The notes beneath the pieces are model-generated. The model searched no databases. It saw only the letters and a list, made by a program, of their open reading frames with translations, and had not been told where the DNA came from. A stretch of 64,000 bases of DNA from Ostreococcus lucimarinus. Its lineage: Eukaryota. Location of the stretch: assembly GCA_000092065.1 (NCBI GenBank), contig CP000588.1; one strand, given 5' to 3'. Positions 29,634-40,252 of this stretch are shown one piece after another (positions within the stretch are counted from its first letter, which is position 1; every line of letters starts with the position of its first letter). The position numbers and the translations under genes were made by a program.

Positions 29634-29839
29634 ATGACCGCGCGCGCGATCATCGCTCCGGCGATCGTTCGCTCGCCCGTACCGTCGTCGTCTTCGCGCG
29701 ATCGTCGACGCCATCGCGCGGCGCCGTCGACGACGACCGCGCGCGCGGTGTCCCGACGCGAGCTGGGGCTGACGCTGCTCGGGACGACTTTGGGGACGCT
29801 CGTGGGGGAGTCAAACGCGCGAGACGCGCGGGCGATGAG
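29634..29839 (+). CDS. TL29/ascorbate-peroxidase-like class I peroxidase, exon 1 (transit peptide plus Tat lumen signal)
   Basis: MTARAIIAPAIVRSPVPSSSSRDRRRHRAAPSTTTARAVSRRELGLTLLGTTLGTLVGESNA is an S/R-rich presequence followed by the twin-arginine motif RRELGL. The frame ends at a GTGCGC donor at 29840. Confidence 0.6.
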
Positions 29840-29958
29840 GTGCGCGCATCGCTCGCCGACGGTGACGCGCGAACGAGCGATTCGCGGCGTCGAAAGCTCG
29901 GAAGTTTCGCACGCGGACTGACTGACGCGCGCGCCGGTTTCGGTTTCCGCAAACGCAG

Positions 29959-30709
29959 CGACGGCGACGACGAGCCCAGCGTACGAAGGGCGATTCGCGC
30001 CGCGCTGGAAGCGAACGTGCAGAAAACGAAATGTCCAGCGGTGTTGCGCCTGGTGTTTCACGACGCGGGGACGTACTTGGCGAGCGCGAAGGATGGAGGG
30101 ATGAACGCGAGCGTGCGGTACGAGCTCAACCGACCGGAATCGTTTGGTTTGAAGCGAGGATTGAACGTGGTGAAGAGCGCGTATGACGCCTTGGATGACA
30201 CCGCGGCCGCCGGCAAAGTATCGTTCGCGGACATGATCGCGTGCGCGGGGGCGTACGCGGTGGAGTTCACGGGTGGACCGGCTTTCCTGGAGCGCGTTCC
30301 GCTCGGTAGAATCGACGTCGAGACGGCGGATCCGGAAAATAGAATGCCGGAACAAACTTTGGGCGGGAAAGAGATGCGCGAACATTTCGCACGAAGTGGG
30401 ATCACGACCAGAGATATGGTTGCCCTCGCGGGGGCGCACACGATCGGAGGAAAAGGTTTCGGCGACGCGTACACATTCGACAACGCGTACTACGCCACCC
30501 TCGCCGCCGACCCTTGGCACAAGGCGAACATGACCAAGGACGAGGCCGAGATGGCTGAACACATCGGTTTACCGAGCGATAAGTACATGCGAGAAGACGC
30601 CGAAAGTATGGAGTGGATTCGGAAATATGCCAACGATCAGGACGCTTTCTTCGTCGATTTCGTTGACGCGTACATTCGACTCGCCGCACTCGGTGCCGAG
30701 TTCGCGTAG
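29959..30709 (+). CDS. TL29/ascorbate-peroxidase-like class I peroxidase, exon 2 (after a 119-nt intron at 29840-29958)
   Basis: Peroxidase core: RLVFHDAGTY (distal Arg and His, with Phe where class I enzymes have Trp) and the proximal-His motif LAGAHTIGG. The intron's 3' end is ggaCTGACtgacgcg...aaacgCAG. Confidence 0.75.
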
Positions 30710-30933
30710 ACAACTCATTTATATTTTATTAGGAAGGCGCGTTTTTATTTCTGTTCGTATTCGTGTTACAAAGTAAAGACACACAATTCGCGTGATCGTC
30801 ATTCATTTAGGCGAGCAGGCCGCGGTATCCACGAACGCCCGTGAGCGTCGTTTACAGACGTCGAGTCGTCCGTGGCTCCAGCGCTCCGCCGCTCTAACCT
30901 CTTCGTCGCGTTTCATTCAAAAGGACGGAAAGT

Positions 30934-31221
<288 letters not shown>

Positions 31222-31292
31222 TCAGCGTCGTCCGAACCTCGCGGCGCGCGAGGCGCGTCTAAAACCCTATCTTCACTGTCGTCACCACGTAC

Positions 31293-31347
31293 CGAATCTC
31301 ACGAAGCGCGACCGTACCCGGGCGGTAGCGGTGCGGTTTCTTCACCC
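31293..31347 (-). CDS. H3: Histone H3, exon 2
   Basis: (G)[17 protein letters not shown](R). It is flanked by the acceptor gcag and a GTACGT donor. Intron 2 spans 31187-31292 (106 nt). Confidence 0.85.
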
Positions 31348-31501
31348 CTGCGACGTCGCGAACGAGCAATTTCCGATTCGTCAGTCGACGCGTTCTTCGA
31401 CGCGTCTTCGCCCTCGCCACGCGCGTCGTCGTCGTCGATCGCGCGCCTCCGCGAGGGCACGGGAATTCCGTCGCGTCGCGCGTCGTCGCGTCGTCGCGCA
31501 C

Positions 31502-31604
31502 CTCCCGTCGTCGGCGCGGACTTGCGCGCCGCCTTGGTGGCGAGCTGTTTACGCGGCGCCTTGCCACCGGTGGACTTTCTCGCGGTTTGTTTCGTACGCG
31601 CCAT
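31502..31604 (-). CDS. H3: Histone H3, exon 1
   Basis: [34 protein letters not shown](G), ending at a GTGCGC donor. Intron 1 spans 31348-31501 (154 nt). The three exons total 411 nt, giving 136 aa plus a stop. Confidence 0.9.
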
Positions 31605-31691
31605 CGCGGTCGATCGAAACGCGTCGGAGTGACGCCGCGCCCGCGCCGCGGTCTCGGCACCGGGCTGGCCGGGCGAAGGACTGAAGGACTT

Positions 31692-32279
31692 CTACGCCTT
31701 CTTCGCGCGCGCGTACCCTCGACCGACGAGATCGCGCACGCAAAAGTCGACGTGCTCGCCCTGAATCGTCACCATCGCGAGCGTCGCGTCGCCGTCGACG
31801 GCGTCGATGGAGCCGCCGACGCCGAGACTTTGCTTAAACTCGGCGCACATCGCGCGCGCCTCGGCGTACAACACGCCGTCGACGATCGTCACCGTCTTCC
31901 CGCGTCGTCCAGATTTCGTCGCGCGCACGCGAACGGGTAATTTTCCCTTGTTCGCCATCGCGTCGTCTTCCGCGTCGCCGTCTTCGTCCTCGCGCGCCGT
32001 CGCGGGCGCCGTCTTCGCCTTTGCCTCTGGTAACGCTTCGCGGAGCGCCGCGAGCGCGCCGAACGGCGATGCGCGCGGCGCCGTCGCCTCGCGTCCGCGC
32101 TCGACGCGCGCGTCGTCGTCGTCCGCGTCCTCGTCTCCCCGCTCGCTCGCGCGCCCGCGTCGTTTCGCGCGCGCGACGTTTCGTCGTCGTCGTCGTCTTC
32201 GTCGTTCGGTTTCCGGAACCACCGCGCGCGCCGTCGTCGCGGCGCGCGCCGTCGTCGTCGCGACGCCGAGGCGCGGCAT
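31692..32279 (-). CDS. Organellar SUI1/YciH-type translation initiation factor with a transit peptide
   Basis: The C-terminal 90 aa (LPVRVRATKSGRRGKTVTIVDGV...AEFKQSLGVGGSI...ATLAMVTIQGEHVDFCVRDLVGRGYARAKKA) align with bacterial YciH/eIF1 SUI1 domains. About 100 aa of R/A/E-rich presequence precede them. Confidence 0.75.
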   Translation of the reverse strand: MPRLGVATTTARAATTARAVVPETERRRRRRRRNVARAKRRGRASERGDEDADDDDARVERGREATAPRASPFGALAALREALPEAKAKTAPATAREDEDGDAEDDAMANKGKLPVRVRATKSGRRGKTVTIVDGVLYAEARAMCAEFKQSLGVGGSIDAVDGDATLAMVTIQGEHVDFCVRDLVGRGYARAKKA

Positions 32280-32410
32280 GCCTTCCCTCGCGCGTCCGCC
32301 GTCGCCCGCGTCGTTTCGCGCGCGCGCGTGCGGCGTCGAGCGTCGTCGTCGTCGTCGGTCCGGTCGTTACGCCGGTCGACGGTCGACACACGACGACGCG
32401 CCGGCGCTCG

Positions 32411-33892
32411 ATGCAGGCGACGACGACGCGCGCGCGGGCGACGCCGCGATGCGGACGATCGACGACCGGAGGACGCGCGCGCGTCGACGCGCGCGCGTCG
32501 ACGCGACGCGACGGCGCGGCGCGCGCGGGGGCGACGGCGCGCGCGCGGGTGTTTTTGAGCGGGACGACGACGACGACGACGACGACGGATGGTGCGCGCG
32601 CGAGGCGACGGATGGTGCGCGCGCGAGGGAAAATTTCGGAAGACGATCAAGATGAAGACGACGGCGACGAAGAAGCGGGCGCGGGCGGCGTGGAGGGGTG
32701 GCACGGGGCGTACAAACTTTGGAAACCAAAACCGAGGGGGGGCGTCGCGGACGCGGAGGCGGCGAAGCGATTGAAAGTGCGAGAGCTGTTGCTCAGTCGC
32801 GACCCGGGTTTGAACCAGACGTTGATATCGTCCGGAACGAGCATATCGCAGTTGTTCGATCAGGATAAGTGGGAGCGTCATCGCATGGTGGATCGATTCG
32901 TGGTCGATTTGGTGTCGATTCCCCAGAGCACGGTGTTCTTGCGCTTGTTCAGACCGTGCGCGGTGCTGGCGGCGTACACCGCCGTGGTCGTGGCATTTCC
33001 GAGCGTGTTGAAGTACGCGTGCGCGTATTTCAATTTGGCGTTACCGTTTCCGAACTTTGCCATGCAGTCTTTGACGCTGCCGGCGTCGGCGCACTCGTTA
33101 CTGGGCACGCTGTGCGGTTTGGTACTCGTGTTCCGAACAAACTCTAGCTATGCCCGCTTCGTAGACGGACGCACGGCGTGGGGGTCGCTCATCAAGCACG
33201 CGCGTGATGTGGCGCGCTTGGCGATATACATTCCCGACAAGAATCTGCAGAGACGGTTGCTAGAACTGACAACGGCGTACGCGTACGTGCTGAAGACGCG
33301 TTTGAGAAGCGGACGCACTCGGTCCGATCCCACGGATCCCACGGCGTTCCGAGACATTCCCGACGAAGCCGTCCGTCGATGCGTCACCGACCCCGCGCTC
33401 GCGGATGAGGTCTTAGCTTCCGCGAAGACGGGAAATCGGTGCTTGTACACGCTCATGCTCATCTCGAAGACGCTCAAGCTGGCGCTCGAGAAGGGGGCGC
33501 CGAGAGAAATTCATTGGAAGATTGAAGAGGCCGTGAGCGGTATGGGCTTATCTGGAGGTATTTGCGAGCGCATTGTCGCCACGCCGATCCCCCTGAGCTT
33601 CTCGCGTCACTCGGCACGATCGCTCATCATTTGGCTCATCACGCTCCCGTTCGTGCTCGTCCCGAGCATGTCTTGGATGTCCGTGCCCACCATCTTCACC
33701 TTGGCCTATCTCATCCTAGGCATCGACGAGATCGGGATCCAAATCGAAGAACCGTTCGCCACCTTACCCCTCACGCCGCTGTGCGCCACGATCGAGCGCG
33801 ACATGTCCATCGTCATCGCCGATATCTTCGCGAGCGACGACGCCGATCGCGTCGCTCGCGACGTCGTCGCCGGCGACGTCGTCGCGCGGTGA
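32411..33892 (+). CDS. Bestrophin-like (UPF0187/Best family) anion channel, VCCN-like
   Basis: LVFRTNSSYARFVDGRTAWGSL matches the bestrophin/UPF0187 signature (TNxSYxRWWEGR). It has 4 predicted TM segments, and plant thylakoid VCCN channels belong to this family. The first 130 codons of the ORF overlap the upstream gene, so the start at 32411 is inferred; 32612 is another candidate. Confidence 0.65.
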   Translation: MQATTTRARATPRCGRSTTGGRARVDARASTRRDGAARAGATARARVFLSGTTTTTTTTDGARARRRMVRARGKISEDDQDEDDGDEEAGAGGVEGWHGAYKLWKPKPRGGVADAEAAKRLKVRELLLSRDPGLNQTLISSGTSISQLFDQDKWERHRMVDRFVVDLVSIPQSTVFLRLFRPCAVLAAYTAVVVAFPSVLKYACAYFNLALPFPNFAMQSLTLPASAHSLLGTLCGLVLVFRTNSSYARFVDGRTAWGSLIKHARDVARLAIYIPDKNLQRRLLELTTAYAYVLKTRLRSGRTRSDPTDPTAFRDIPDEAVRRCVTDPALADEVLASAKTGNRCLYTLMLISKTLKLALEKGAPREIHWKIEEAVSGMGLSGGICERIVATPIPLSFSRHSARSLIIWLITLPFVLVPSMSWMSVPTIFTLAYLILGIDEIGIQIEEPFATLPLTPLCATIERDMSIVIADIFASDDADRVARDVVAGDVVAR

Positions 33893-34035
33893 CGCACCAC
33901 GCGTCCGTTCGCATCGCGCGCGCGCGCGTGTAACACAGTTTCGAGCGCATCACACCGTTTCGACCACCCCCCGCGCGCGTCGTCGTCTCCCTGATCCTTT
34001 TTCTTCCCGTCGGTTCGCGAATCCCGGCACCCCTC

Positions 34036-37000
34036 TTGAAACGGATTCCCCGAAAATCCACCGCGCCTCCACATCGCGTCGCGCTCGTCGACTCGATGTC
34101 GCACCTCGAGCGCGCGCACGACGCGCGCGCGACCGCAGACACCGACGACGGCCGACGCGCGTCCTCTGATCCGAGTCCGTCGACGCAGAGCGCGTGGAAA
34201 CGCACCATCGCGTCGTGCGAGGTGCGATTTCCGTTGACGCCGTACAAGTCGCAGGTGCAAGTGATGAGCGCGGTCGTTCGAGCGGCGCGCCGAGGAACGT
34301 GCGCGCTCGTGGAGTCGCCGACGGGGAGCGGGAAGACGCTCGCGCTGCTGTGCGCGGCGCTGGCGTGGAGCGAGAGCGAGAGCGAACGCAGGGAAGACGT
34401 GGGCGTGGACGACGACGAAGACGGGGAGGAGGACGAAGCGCGCAAACGCGAGACGAAGAGAATCGGAAACGGTAAACCACCAAAGATTTATTACGCCACG
34501 CGCACGCACGCGCAGATCGCACAAATAGTCGGTGAATTGTCGAGGACGGCGTATAAGCCGCACACCGTGGTGTTGGCGTCGAGGGAGCATTATTGCGTGA
34601 ATAAGAGCGCGAGAAAGGGCGGAGACGTCAACGCGGAGTGTCGAAGGTTGATGGATGCCGGCGCCGCGGGTGGGGACGGGAAAGGGTGTTTTTATAGCGG
34701 ACAAGGGGCGAGTAAGTTGGCGTCGTTGGCGAAAAACCATCCCGACGCGCTGGATATCGAGGATTTGGTGAAGATGGGGACGTCGAAGAAGGGATGCCCG
34801 TACTTTGCGTCGAAAATCATGGCGGAGAGCGCGGAATTAATTTTCTGCCCGTACAACTATCTCTTGGATCCGCGCACGCGTTCGGCCATGGACATCGATA
34901 TCGAAGGTTCACTCATCATTTTCGATGAGGCGCACAACATCGAGGACACCGCGCGCGAGGCGGCGAGTGAGGAAATAATTTTAGACGACGTCGCGAACGC
35001 CATCGATCGTCTGAGCGAGATGCGGCGGCGCGCGACGGCAAACGTGAGCGAGTGCGAATTGGTGTTGAGGAGCATGAAGGGCGTTTACGATTGGTTCATT
35101 GGATTTTGCGACGAAAAAAGCCCAAGTTACGGTCTGAAGCAAGCGCAAGAAGCGTTATCGGCGATGGTTCGAGGGGAGCAGATTTTACAAACGTTGGCGG
35201 AAGCCGGGCTGACTGAAGAGAGCGTTTTAGAAGTCATGCGAGCGCTCGGCGTCATCACCAAGTATAATCAAGAGAACAAAGATCCGAAAGAGCGCGTCGC
35301 GGGCAGCGTTTTCAACACCTGTGAAAAAGTGCTGAATCCTATCAAGTTTTTGCTCTCGCGAGGCGAAGTCACCGCGCGCGATTACAAAATCGTCTTCACA
35401 AAGACGCGCGAAAGCGATCGAGTCGTTTCGACGCAACGAGTGAACTCTGAATTGAATAGATTACCCGTGGAAGAACTGGTGAAGATTAACTTTTGGGCAC
35501 TGAATCCAGCGCTGGCTTTCAGAGAGCTCGTGAGCGAAAACGGCGGCGCGCGTTCAGTCGTGCTCACGTCTGGTACTCTCGCGCCGCTCAATTCGTTCGC
35601 GAGCGAGCTCGGCGTACCGTTTCCCATCCGCATGGAAGCCCCGCACTGCGTGGATATGGATCGTCAGGTCTGGGGCGGCATCGTCGCCGCCGGTCCGAGC
35701 AACATAGCTTTGAATGCCGGTTACAAGTCTCGCGGCGATACTAGTTTTCAAGACGAACTCGGCGCGTGTTTGCGAGACGTCGCGAAAGTCACCCCTCACG
35801 GCTTGCTCATGTTCTTCCCATCGTACAGTCTTTTGGAAACCATCGTTCGACGATGGCGCGAAACGGGACTGCTGCGCGCGATAGAGCAGGCGAGCGGCAA
35901 GAAGATTTTTCAAGAACCGGGTAAATCATGCTCGTACGGTAAAAAACCGGTGACGCTTGAGACGGTGTTGGAAAAGTACTATTCCGCGGTGGCGACGAGC
36001 GTCAAGGCAGCAAAACATCCGTACGCTCCGGCTCCAGCGAACGCCAAATGTCGAGGTGCCATTCTCTTCGCCGTGTGTAGAGGCAAGATTAGTGAAGGTA
36101 TTGACTTCGCCGACGCTAACGCGCGGGCGGTGATCTGTGTTGGGATTCCGTATCCAAACATCAAAGACGCGCTCGTCGCGGCGAAGCGAAGTTACAACGA
36201 AGAAGGAGCGCATCGAGGTTTGCTGAGTGGCTCGAAATGGTACGATCAGCAGGCTTTTCGGGCGCTCAATCAAGCCGTCGGTCGATGCCTGCGGCATCGT
36301 CACGATCACGGCGCAATCATGCTCGTCGATTCGCGTTTCAACAACAGCAACATCCAGGCGCTGCCGAAATGGTTACGTCCCGCCATGCAGAAGAGCGCGT
36401 CTCGCTTTGGCGACCAAGTGAAAAGCTTGGAAAATTTCTTCGTTTCGCACGCCGAGAATCCACCGAGCGATGACGCTCCAGCGAGCAAGACAGGCGACCA
36501 ACGGAAGAATAGCAAACGAGCGAGAGTGTCCATCGTCGCGACGTCTCCTCGAAAGGCGATGCGTAATACGCCAATCACGAGCTTCTTTCAAAAGGCGTCG
36601 ACGAGCAACGCGACTCATTCAGATCCTCTCATGCGCGACATCGAGCAGCCATCGAAAAAGACAAAGGATGACCAAATCGGTGACTACGAGGCGCCAGTGT
36701 TCACGGACGACGACGAGCTTGACGTCGACATTGACGCGCTCATGGCGGACAACCATGAGTTATCGCCAGAGGCGAATGTCGCGCAAGTTCTCGACGGTGT
36801 CGAGTGGGAGGATTGGGAAGACGACGACGATCTAATGGCGCAAGCCGTGCAAGCGACACAAACCGCGCACACGATGAGTAAGGTAGAGAGCACGACACCG
36901 ACTGAACAAGTCCTGGATGTCGTCTCGCCTCTCAAGCAACGCGCGAAGAAAGTCTGCGGCGACGACTCCGTCTGCGCCAAGTGTGGAAACACTCGCTATT

Positions 37001-37299
37001 CGCAGATTGACACCGAAAATGATGATCGAATCGCGCTTCAATCTCAATATTTGGATTGTGTTCTGCAAACCAAGGCGAATGACATCCATGAATTCGCCGT
37101 GGTCGAGATGCGCGGCGGTTGTTGCGCCTCGCCGCCGTCGGAGACGGTTGAATTCGACCGCGACTTGCGCGTCGCCTTCAGTCGAGTGAACTCCTGCGAT
37201 GGCGATCGATTGATCGGATTACGAGTGGAAGCAACGAATGCGATGTATGCACACTTGTGCGATCGCGTCTTGCTCCGGCAACACGACGCCCGCGCGTAG
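34036..37299 (+). CDS. Rad3/XPD-family DEAH-box Fe-S DNA helicase, FANCJ(BRIP1)/RTEL1-like
   Basis: FPLTPYKSQVQVM...ESPTGSGKTLALLCAALAW (Walker A), an Fe-S cysteine domain (HYCVN...CRRL...GCFY...GCPYF), DEAHNIED (Walker B/DEAH), and the C-terminal helicase motifs (VLTSGTL, ILFAVCRGKISEGIDFAD, GRCLRH). Confidence 0.85.
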   Translation: MKRIPRKSTAPPHRVALVDSMSHLERAHDARATADTDDGRRASSDPSPSTQSAWKRTIASCEVRFPLTPYKSQVQVMSAVVRAARRGTCALVESPTGSGKTLALLCAALAWSESESERREDVGVDDDEDGEEDEARKRETKRIGNGKPPKIYYATRTHAQIAQIVGELSRTAYKPHTVVLASREHYCVNKSARKGGDVNAECRRLMDAGAAGGDGKGCFYSGQGASKLASLAKNHPDALDIEDLVKMGTSKKGCPYFASKIMAESAELIFCPYNYLLDPRTRSAMDIDIEGSLIIFDEAHNIEDTAREAASEEIILDDVANAIDRLSEMRRRATANVSECELVLRSMKGVYDWFIGFCDEKSPSYGLKQAQEALSAMVRGEQILQTLAEAGLTEESVLEVMRALGVITKYNQENKDPKERVAGSVFNTCEKVLNPIKFLLSRGEVTARDYKIVFTKTRESDRVVSTQRVNSELNRLPVEELVKINFWALNPALAFRELVSENGGARSVVLTSGTLAPLNSFASELGVPFPIRMEAPHCVDMDRQVWGGIVAAGPSNIALNAGYKSRGDTSFQDELGACLRDVAKVTPHGLLMFFPSYSLLETIVRRWRETGLLRAIEQASGKKIFQEPGKSCSYGKKPVTLETVLEKYYSAVATSVKAAKHPYAPAPANAKCRGAILFAVCRGKISEGIDFADANARAVICVGIPYPNIKDALVAAKRSYNEEGAHRGLLSGSKWYDQQAFRALNQAVGRCLRHRHDHGAIMLVDSRFNNSNIQALPKWLRPAMQKSASRFGDQVKSLENFFVSHAENPPSDDAPASKTGDQRKNSKRARVSIVATSPRKAMRNTPITSFFQKASTSNATHSDPLMRDIEQPSKKTKDDQIGDYEAPVFTDDDELDVDIDALMADNHELSPEANVAQVLDGVEWEDWEDDDDLMAQAVQATQTAHTMSKVESTTPTEQVLDVVSPLKQRAKKVCGDDSVCAKCGNTRYSQIDTENDDRIALQSQYLDCVLQTKANDIHEFAVVEMRGGCCASPPSETVEFDRDLRVAFSRVNSCDGDRLIGLRVEATNAMYAHLCDRVLLRQHDARA

Positions 37300-38003
37300 G
37301 ATAGATGACGTGATGTGTGATTCCAAAAAAGCCTCCACGAAACTCGGCACCACCCGGCGCGTCACAATTCGACGCACGACGCGCACGGCACCCCGTTCGC
37401 CGACGCCGCGAAGAACGCAAGCCGACGACACGCACGCGCGACACGTCTCCATGACCGCCACCACCCGCACCGCCCGCGCCGCGACGCCTAAAGTCGAGGA
37501 GAAAGTCGCGACGACGCGCAAAGTCGTCATTTCCGAGAAGGATGCCGAGACGACGACGACGACGGATGTCACGGCGACGACACCGGTCACGCCCGCGGTC
37601 GCGGTCGAGGACAGCGCGGTGAAGATCTCACGCGCGACGTCTCAAGAGCCCGAAGACGTCGAGGCGGAGATCGAACCGAACGCGAAACGCACCAAGGTTG
37701 ACTCGAGCGCGCAAAACGATTCCGATTTCGAATCGCCGGAGGACGCCGGCGCGTTCGTCGATTCCCAGGAAGACGGTGATTGGCAGCCCGAAGGGTCGGC
37801 GTCGGAGTGATGAAATGTGATACACGTTGTTTGAATGATCTCGAGTTCGCACGCGCGGTGACGTTCGCGCGTCTTCGATGGCCAGCGGCGAAATGTTTGA
37901 TTGGTATCGTCGATCGCGCGAAGCGCCGATGTGAATTCTCGCCGCACGAATGATTTTATGAATAACTCTATGTACTATGCGATGCTTCACGCGCGCGCGT
38001 CGA

Positions 38004-39005
38004 CTATTTCGCCTTGGCGTGCGACGACGTCACGCGTAAGGCGACGTCGATGTATCTATCGACCGTTCGCGTCAACGCGAAGATGCCACCCATCGTCGCC
38101 AACGTCTTGGTGAGAAAATACACGATGCTCTTCGAAGTCACCGTTATGTTCACGGCGATGGCGGATAAGTCGTAAATAAAGAACAACTGCGGCAACGCAC
38201 CCCAATGTGGAGTTTCGATGAAATGTTCCGTGACGCTGTATTGATTCGTTCGCGTGCGCACGGTCCAAGGTATGAAACCGAAGAGCGCTCGCGTCGAAGA
38301 GTACGTCGTCGGCACGACTTTCATAAAGTACTTGTAAATCCCGCTCTTCGTCTCCATCCGCCGCACTCCGTTCATCGGATTCACCGCCCCCGGAAACTCG
38401 GCCCCGAAAGTGAACGTTTTCACCGCGTGCCGCATGTCGATCTCCCACGGTTCGTCGTAAATCTCTTTCAAAAACTCATAACTCTCCGGCCCCGTCGACG
38501 CGCGCAGCGTCCCCGCCACGCGCCGCGCCTCCAATTCCCCGTGCAATCGGCACCCCTCCACGTCCGCCTTCGCCTCCCGCACCTCGTGCGCGTGTTCGGG
38601 TCGTCGCTGAAACAACACCAATCCTCCTAAATCCACCCCTCCCGCGCTCTCGTACTCCCCGATCGCGCGTCCGCTCGCGTCCAACCGCGTCTTGAGCAAC
38701 AGTCCTCGCGCGTCCACCTCGTGTTTCCCGCTCTCATCGTACGCGTCCACGTACAGCAACTGGCACGGCATTCGCGGGAACGTCACGTCTATCTCTATTC
38801 GCAGCGTCGCGTTCCTCGCGTCGTCCACGCCGTGCGTCTTCGCGCGCGTCGGCGTGAGAAAATCTGTTATCTCAACCAGCGCGAGCGCGCACGCGAGGAC
38901 GACGCCGACGACGGAGACGCACGCGCCCGCGCGCGTTCGCTTCGTCAGGTGCGGCGCCGCGCGCGCGAACGCGTCGACGCGCGCGACCGCGGGGAACCAT
39001 CGCAT
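38004..39005 (-). CDS. ERGIC/Erv41-Erv46 family ER-to-Golgi vesicle transporter
   Basis: N-terminal TM helix after MRWFPAVARVDAFARA, the luminal ERGIC_N/COPIIcoated_ERV domain (IDVTFPRMPCQLLYVDAYDESGKHE) and a C-terminal TM helix. Start taken at M 39005. Confidence 0.75.
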   Translation of the reverse strand: MRWFPAVARVDAFARAAPHLTKRTRAGACVSVVGVVLACALALVEITDFLTPTRAKTHGVDDARNATLRIEIDVTFPRMPCQLLYVDAYDESGKHEVDARGLLLKTRLDASGRAIGEYESAGGVDLGGLVLFQRRPEHAHEVREAKADVEGCRLHGELEARRVAGTLRASTGPESYEFLKEIYDEPWEIDMRHAVKTFTFGAEFPGAVNPMNGVRRMETKSGIYKYFMKVVPTTYSSTRALFGFIPWTVRTRTNQYSVTEHFIETPHWGALPQLFFIYDLSAIAVNITVTSKSIVYFLTKTLATMGGIFALTRTVDRYIDVALRVTSSHAKAK

Positions 39006-39060
39006 CGCGGCGTCGCGACGTGACGACAGACCGACGGACCGACCCAGCCATCCATCATGC

Positions 39061-39117
39061 ATTCATTCATTCATTCATTCATTCGCATCGATCGATCGCG
39101 CCGATCGATCGATCGAT
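39061..39117. repeat. Adjacent microsatellites (ATTC)6 and (ATCG)n in a bidirectional promoter
   Basis: attcattcattcattcattcattc, then atcgatcgatcgcgccgatcgatcgatcgatcc, lying between the ERGIC-like gene (-) and the SDR gene (+). Confidence 0.85.
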
Positions 39118-39283
39118 CCGCAGTCGTCGACGCGTCGCGCGGTCGATGCTCGCGTCGCTCGCGTCGCGCGCCGCGCCGTCGCGTCTCGCGATTCCGTCGC
39201 GCGCCGCGCGAACGCGCGCGTCGACCGCGCCCGCGCGACGTCCGCGCGCGCGTTCGCGATTTCGATTCCGACGCGTCGTCGCC

Positions 39284-40144
39284 ATGGCGTCGTCGCCGTT
39301 CGCGTCGGACGCGCCGCCCGAGGGGTACGCGATGGCGGATCAGGTGAAACGATTCGCGAAGGCGAAGGCGGAGTGCGTCGAGCGCGTGATGAACATCGAC
39401 GCGGTGTACGACGGGACGTACCTGGCGGGGAAGCGCGTGCTCGTGACGGGGGCGAATCGCGGCGTCGGGCTGGCGCTGTGCGAGGAGCTGACGCGGCGAG
39501 GCGCGGAGGTGGTGGCGACGTGTCGAAGGACGAGCGAGGCGCTGATGGCGCTGAAACCGAAGGAGGTGATCGAGGACGTGGACGTGACGGACGCGGCGAG
39601 CTGCGAACGCATGGCGAAGGCGGTGGGCGGGACGCTGGACATCGTCGTCAACAACGCGGGATACTTTTACGAACCCGTGGAGAAGGTGACGGATGGGTCG
39701 ATGGCGTTCGACGAGGAGTTGAAGATGATCGATATCTGCGCCGTCGGACCGCTGCGCGTGTCGAACGCGCTGTATAACGCGGGTAAGATCACCAAGGGCG
39801 GGAAGATCGCCATGGTGACCTCGCAAGGAGGGTCGGTGACGTGGCGAGAGGTGCAAAATCCGAGCGGCGGCGACTACGGGCATCACATGTCGAAAGCCGC
39901 CGCGAACATGGGGGCGAAATTGTTGGCGCAAGAGCTCAAGCACGAGGGGATCATGGTGCAAGTGCTCCACCCGGGGTTCAACAAGACGGACATGACGGCC
40001 AAGTACGCAAAGATTTGGGAAGTCGAAGGCGCGGTCGATCCCGCCGTCGGCGCCAAGCGCGTGCTGCACGAAATCAGCTTGATGACGCCGGAACACAACG
40101 GCATGTTCATCAACTGCGAGGACGGCTTACAAATCCCGTGGTGA
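39284..40144 (+). CDS. Short-chain dehydrogenase/reductase (SDR)
   Basis: The Rossmann motif VLVTGANRGVGLA, NNAG, and the catalytic YGHHMSKAAANM (YxxxK). A possible presequence starts at the upstream in-frame M 39146. Confidence 0.8.
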   Translation: MASSPFASDAPPEGYAMADQVKRFAKAKAECVERVMNIDAVYDGTYLAGKRVLVTGANRGVGLALCEELTRRGAEVVATCRRTSEALMALKPKEVIEDVDVTDAASCERMAKAVGGTLDIVVNNAGYFYEPVEKVTDGSMAFDEELKMIDICAVGPLRVSNALYNAGKITKGGKIAMVTSQGGSVTWREVQNPSGGDYGHHMSKAAANMGAKLLAQELKHEGIMVQVLHPGFNKTDMTAKYAKIWEVEGAVDPAVGAKRVLHEISLMTPEHNGMFINCEDGLQIPW

Positions 40145-40252
40145 GCGAGCGCGACGTAACATTCATCAATTCTTCTCCTCCTTCTTTTAATTACAACAAT
40201 GATTTCCTGACTAATAATACATCTCTCTCGACACCGGCGCGGCGTTAGTCGG

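Noticed and set aside
37300-37810. 190-aa acidic ORF directly downstream of the helicase (possible extra gene or 3' exon)
   Set aside because: The T/A/E-rich low-complexity sequence has no recognizable domain. It could equally be helicase 3'UTR. The evidence was insufficient to call a feature.
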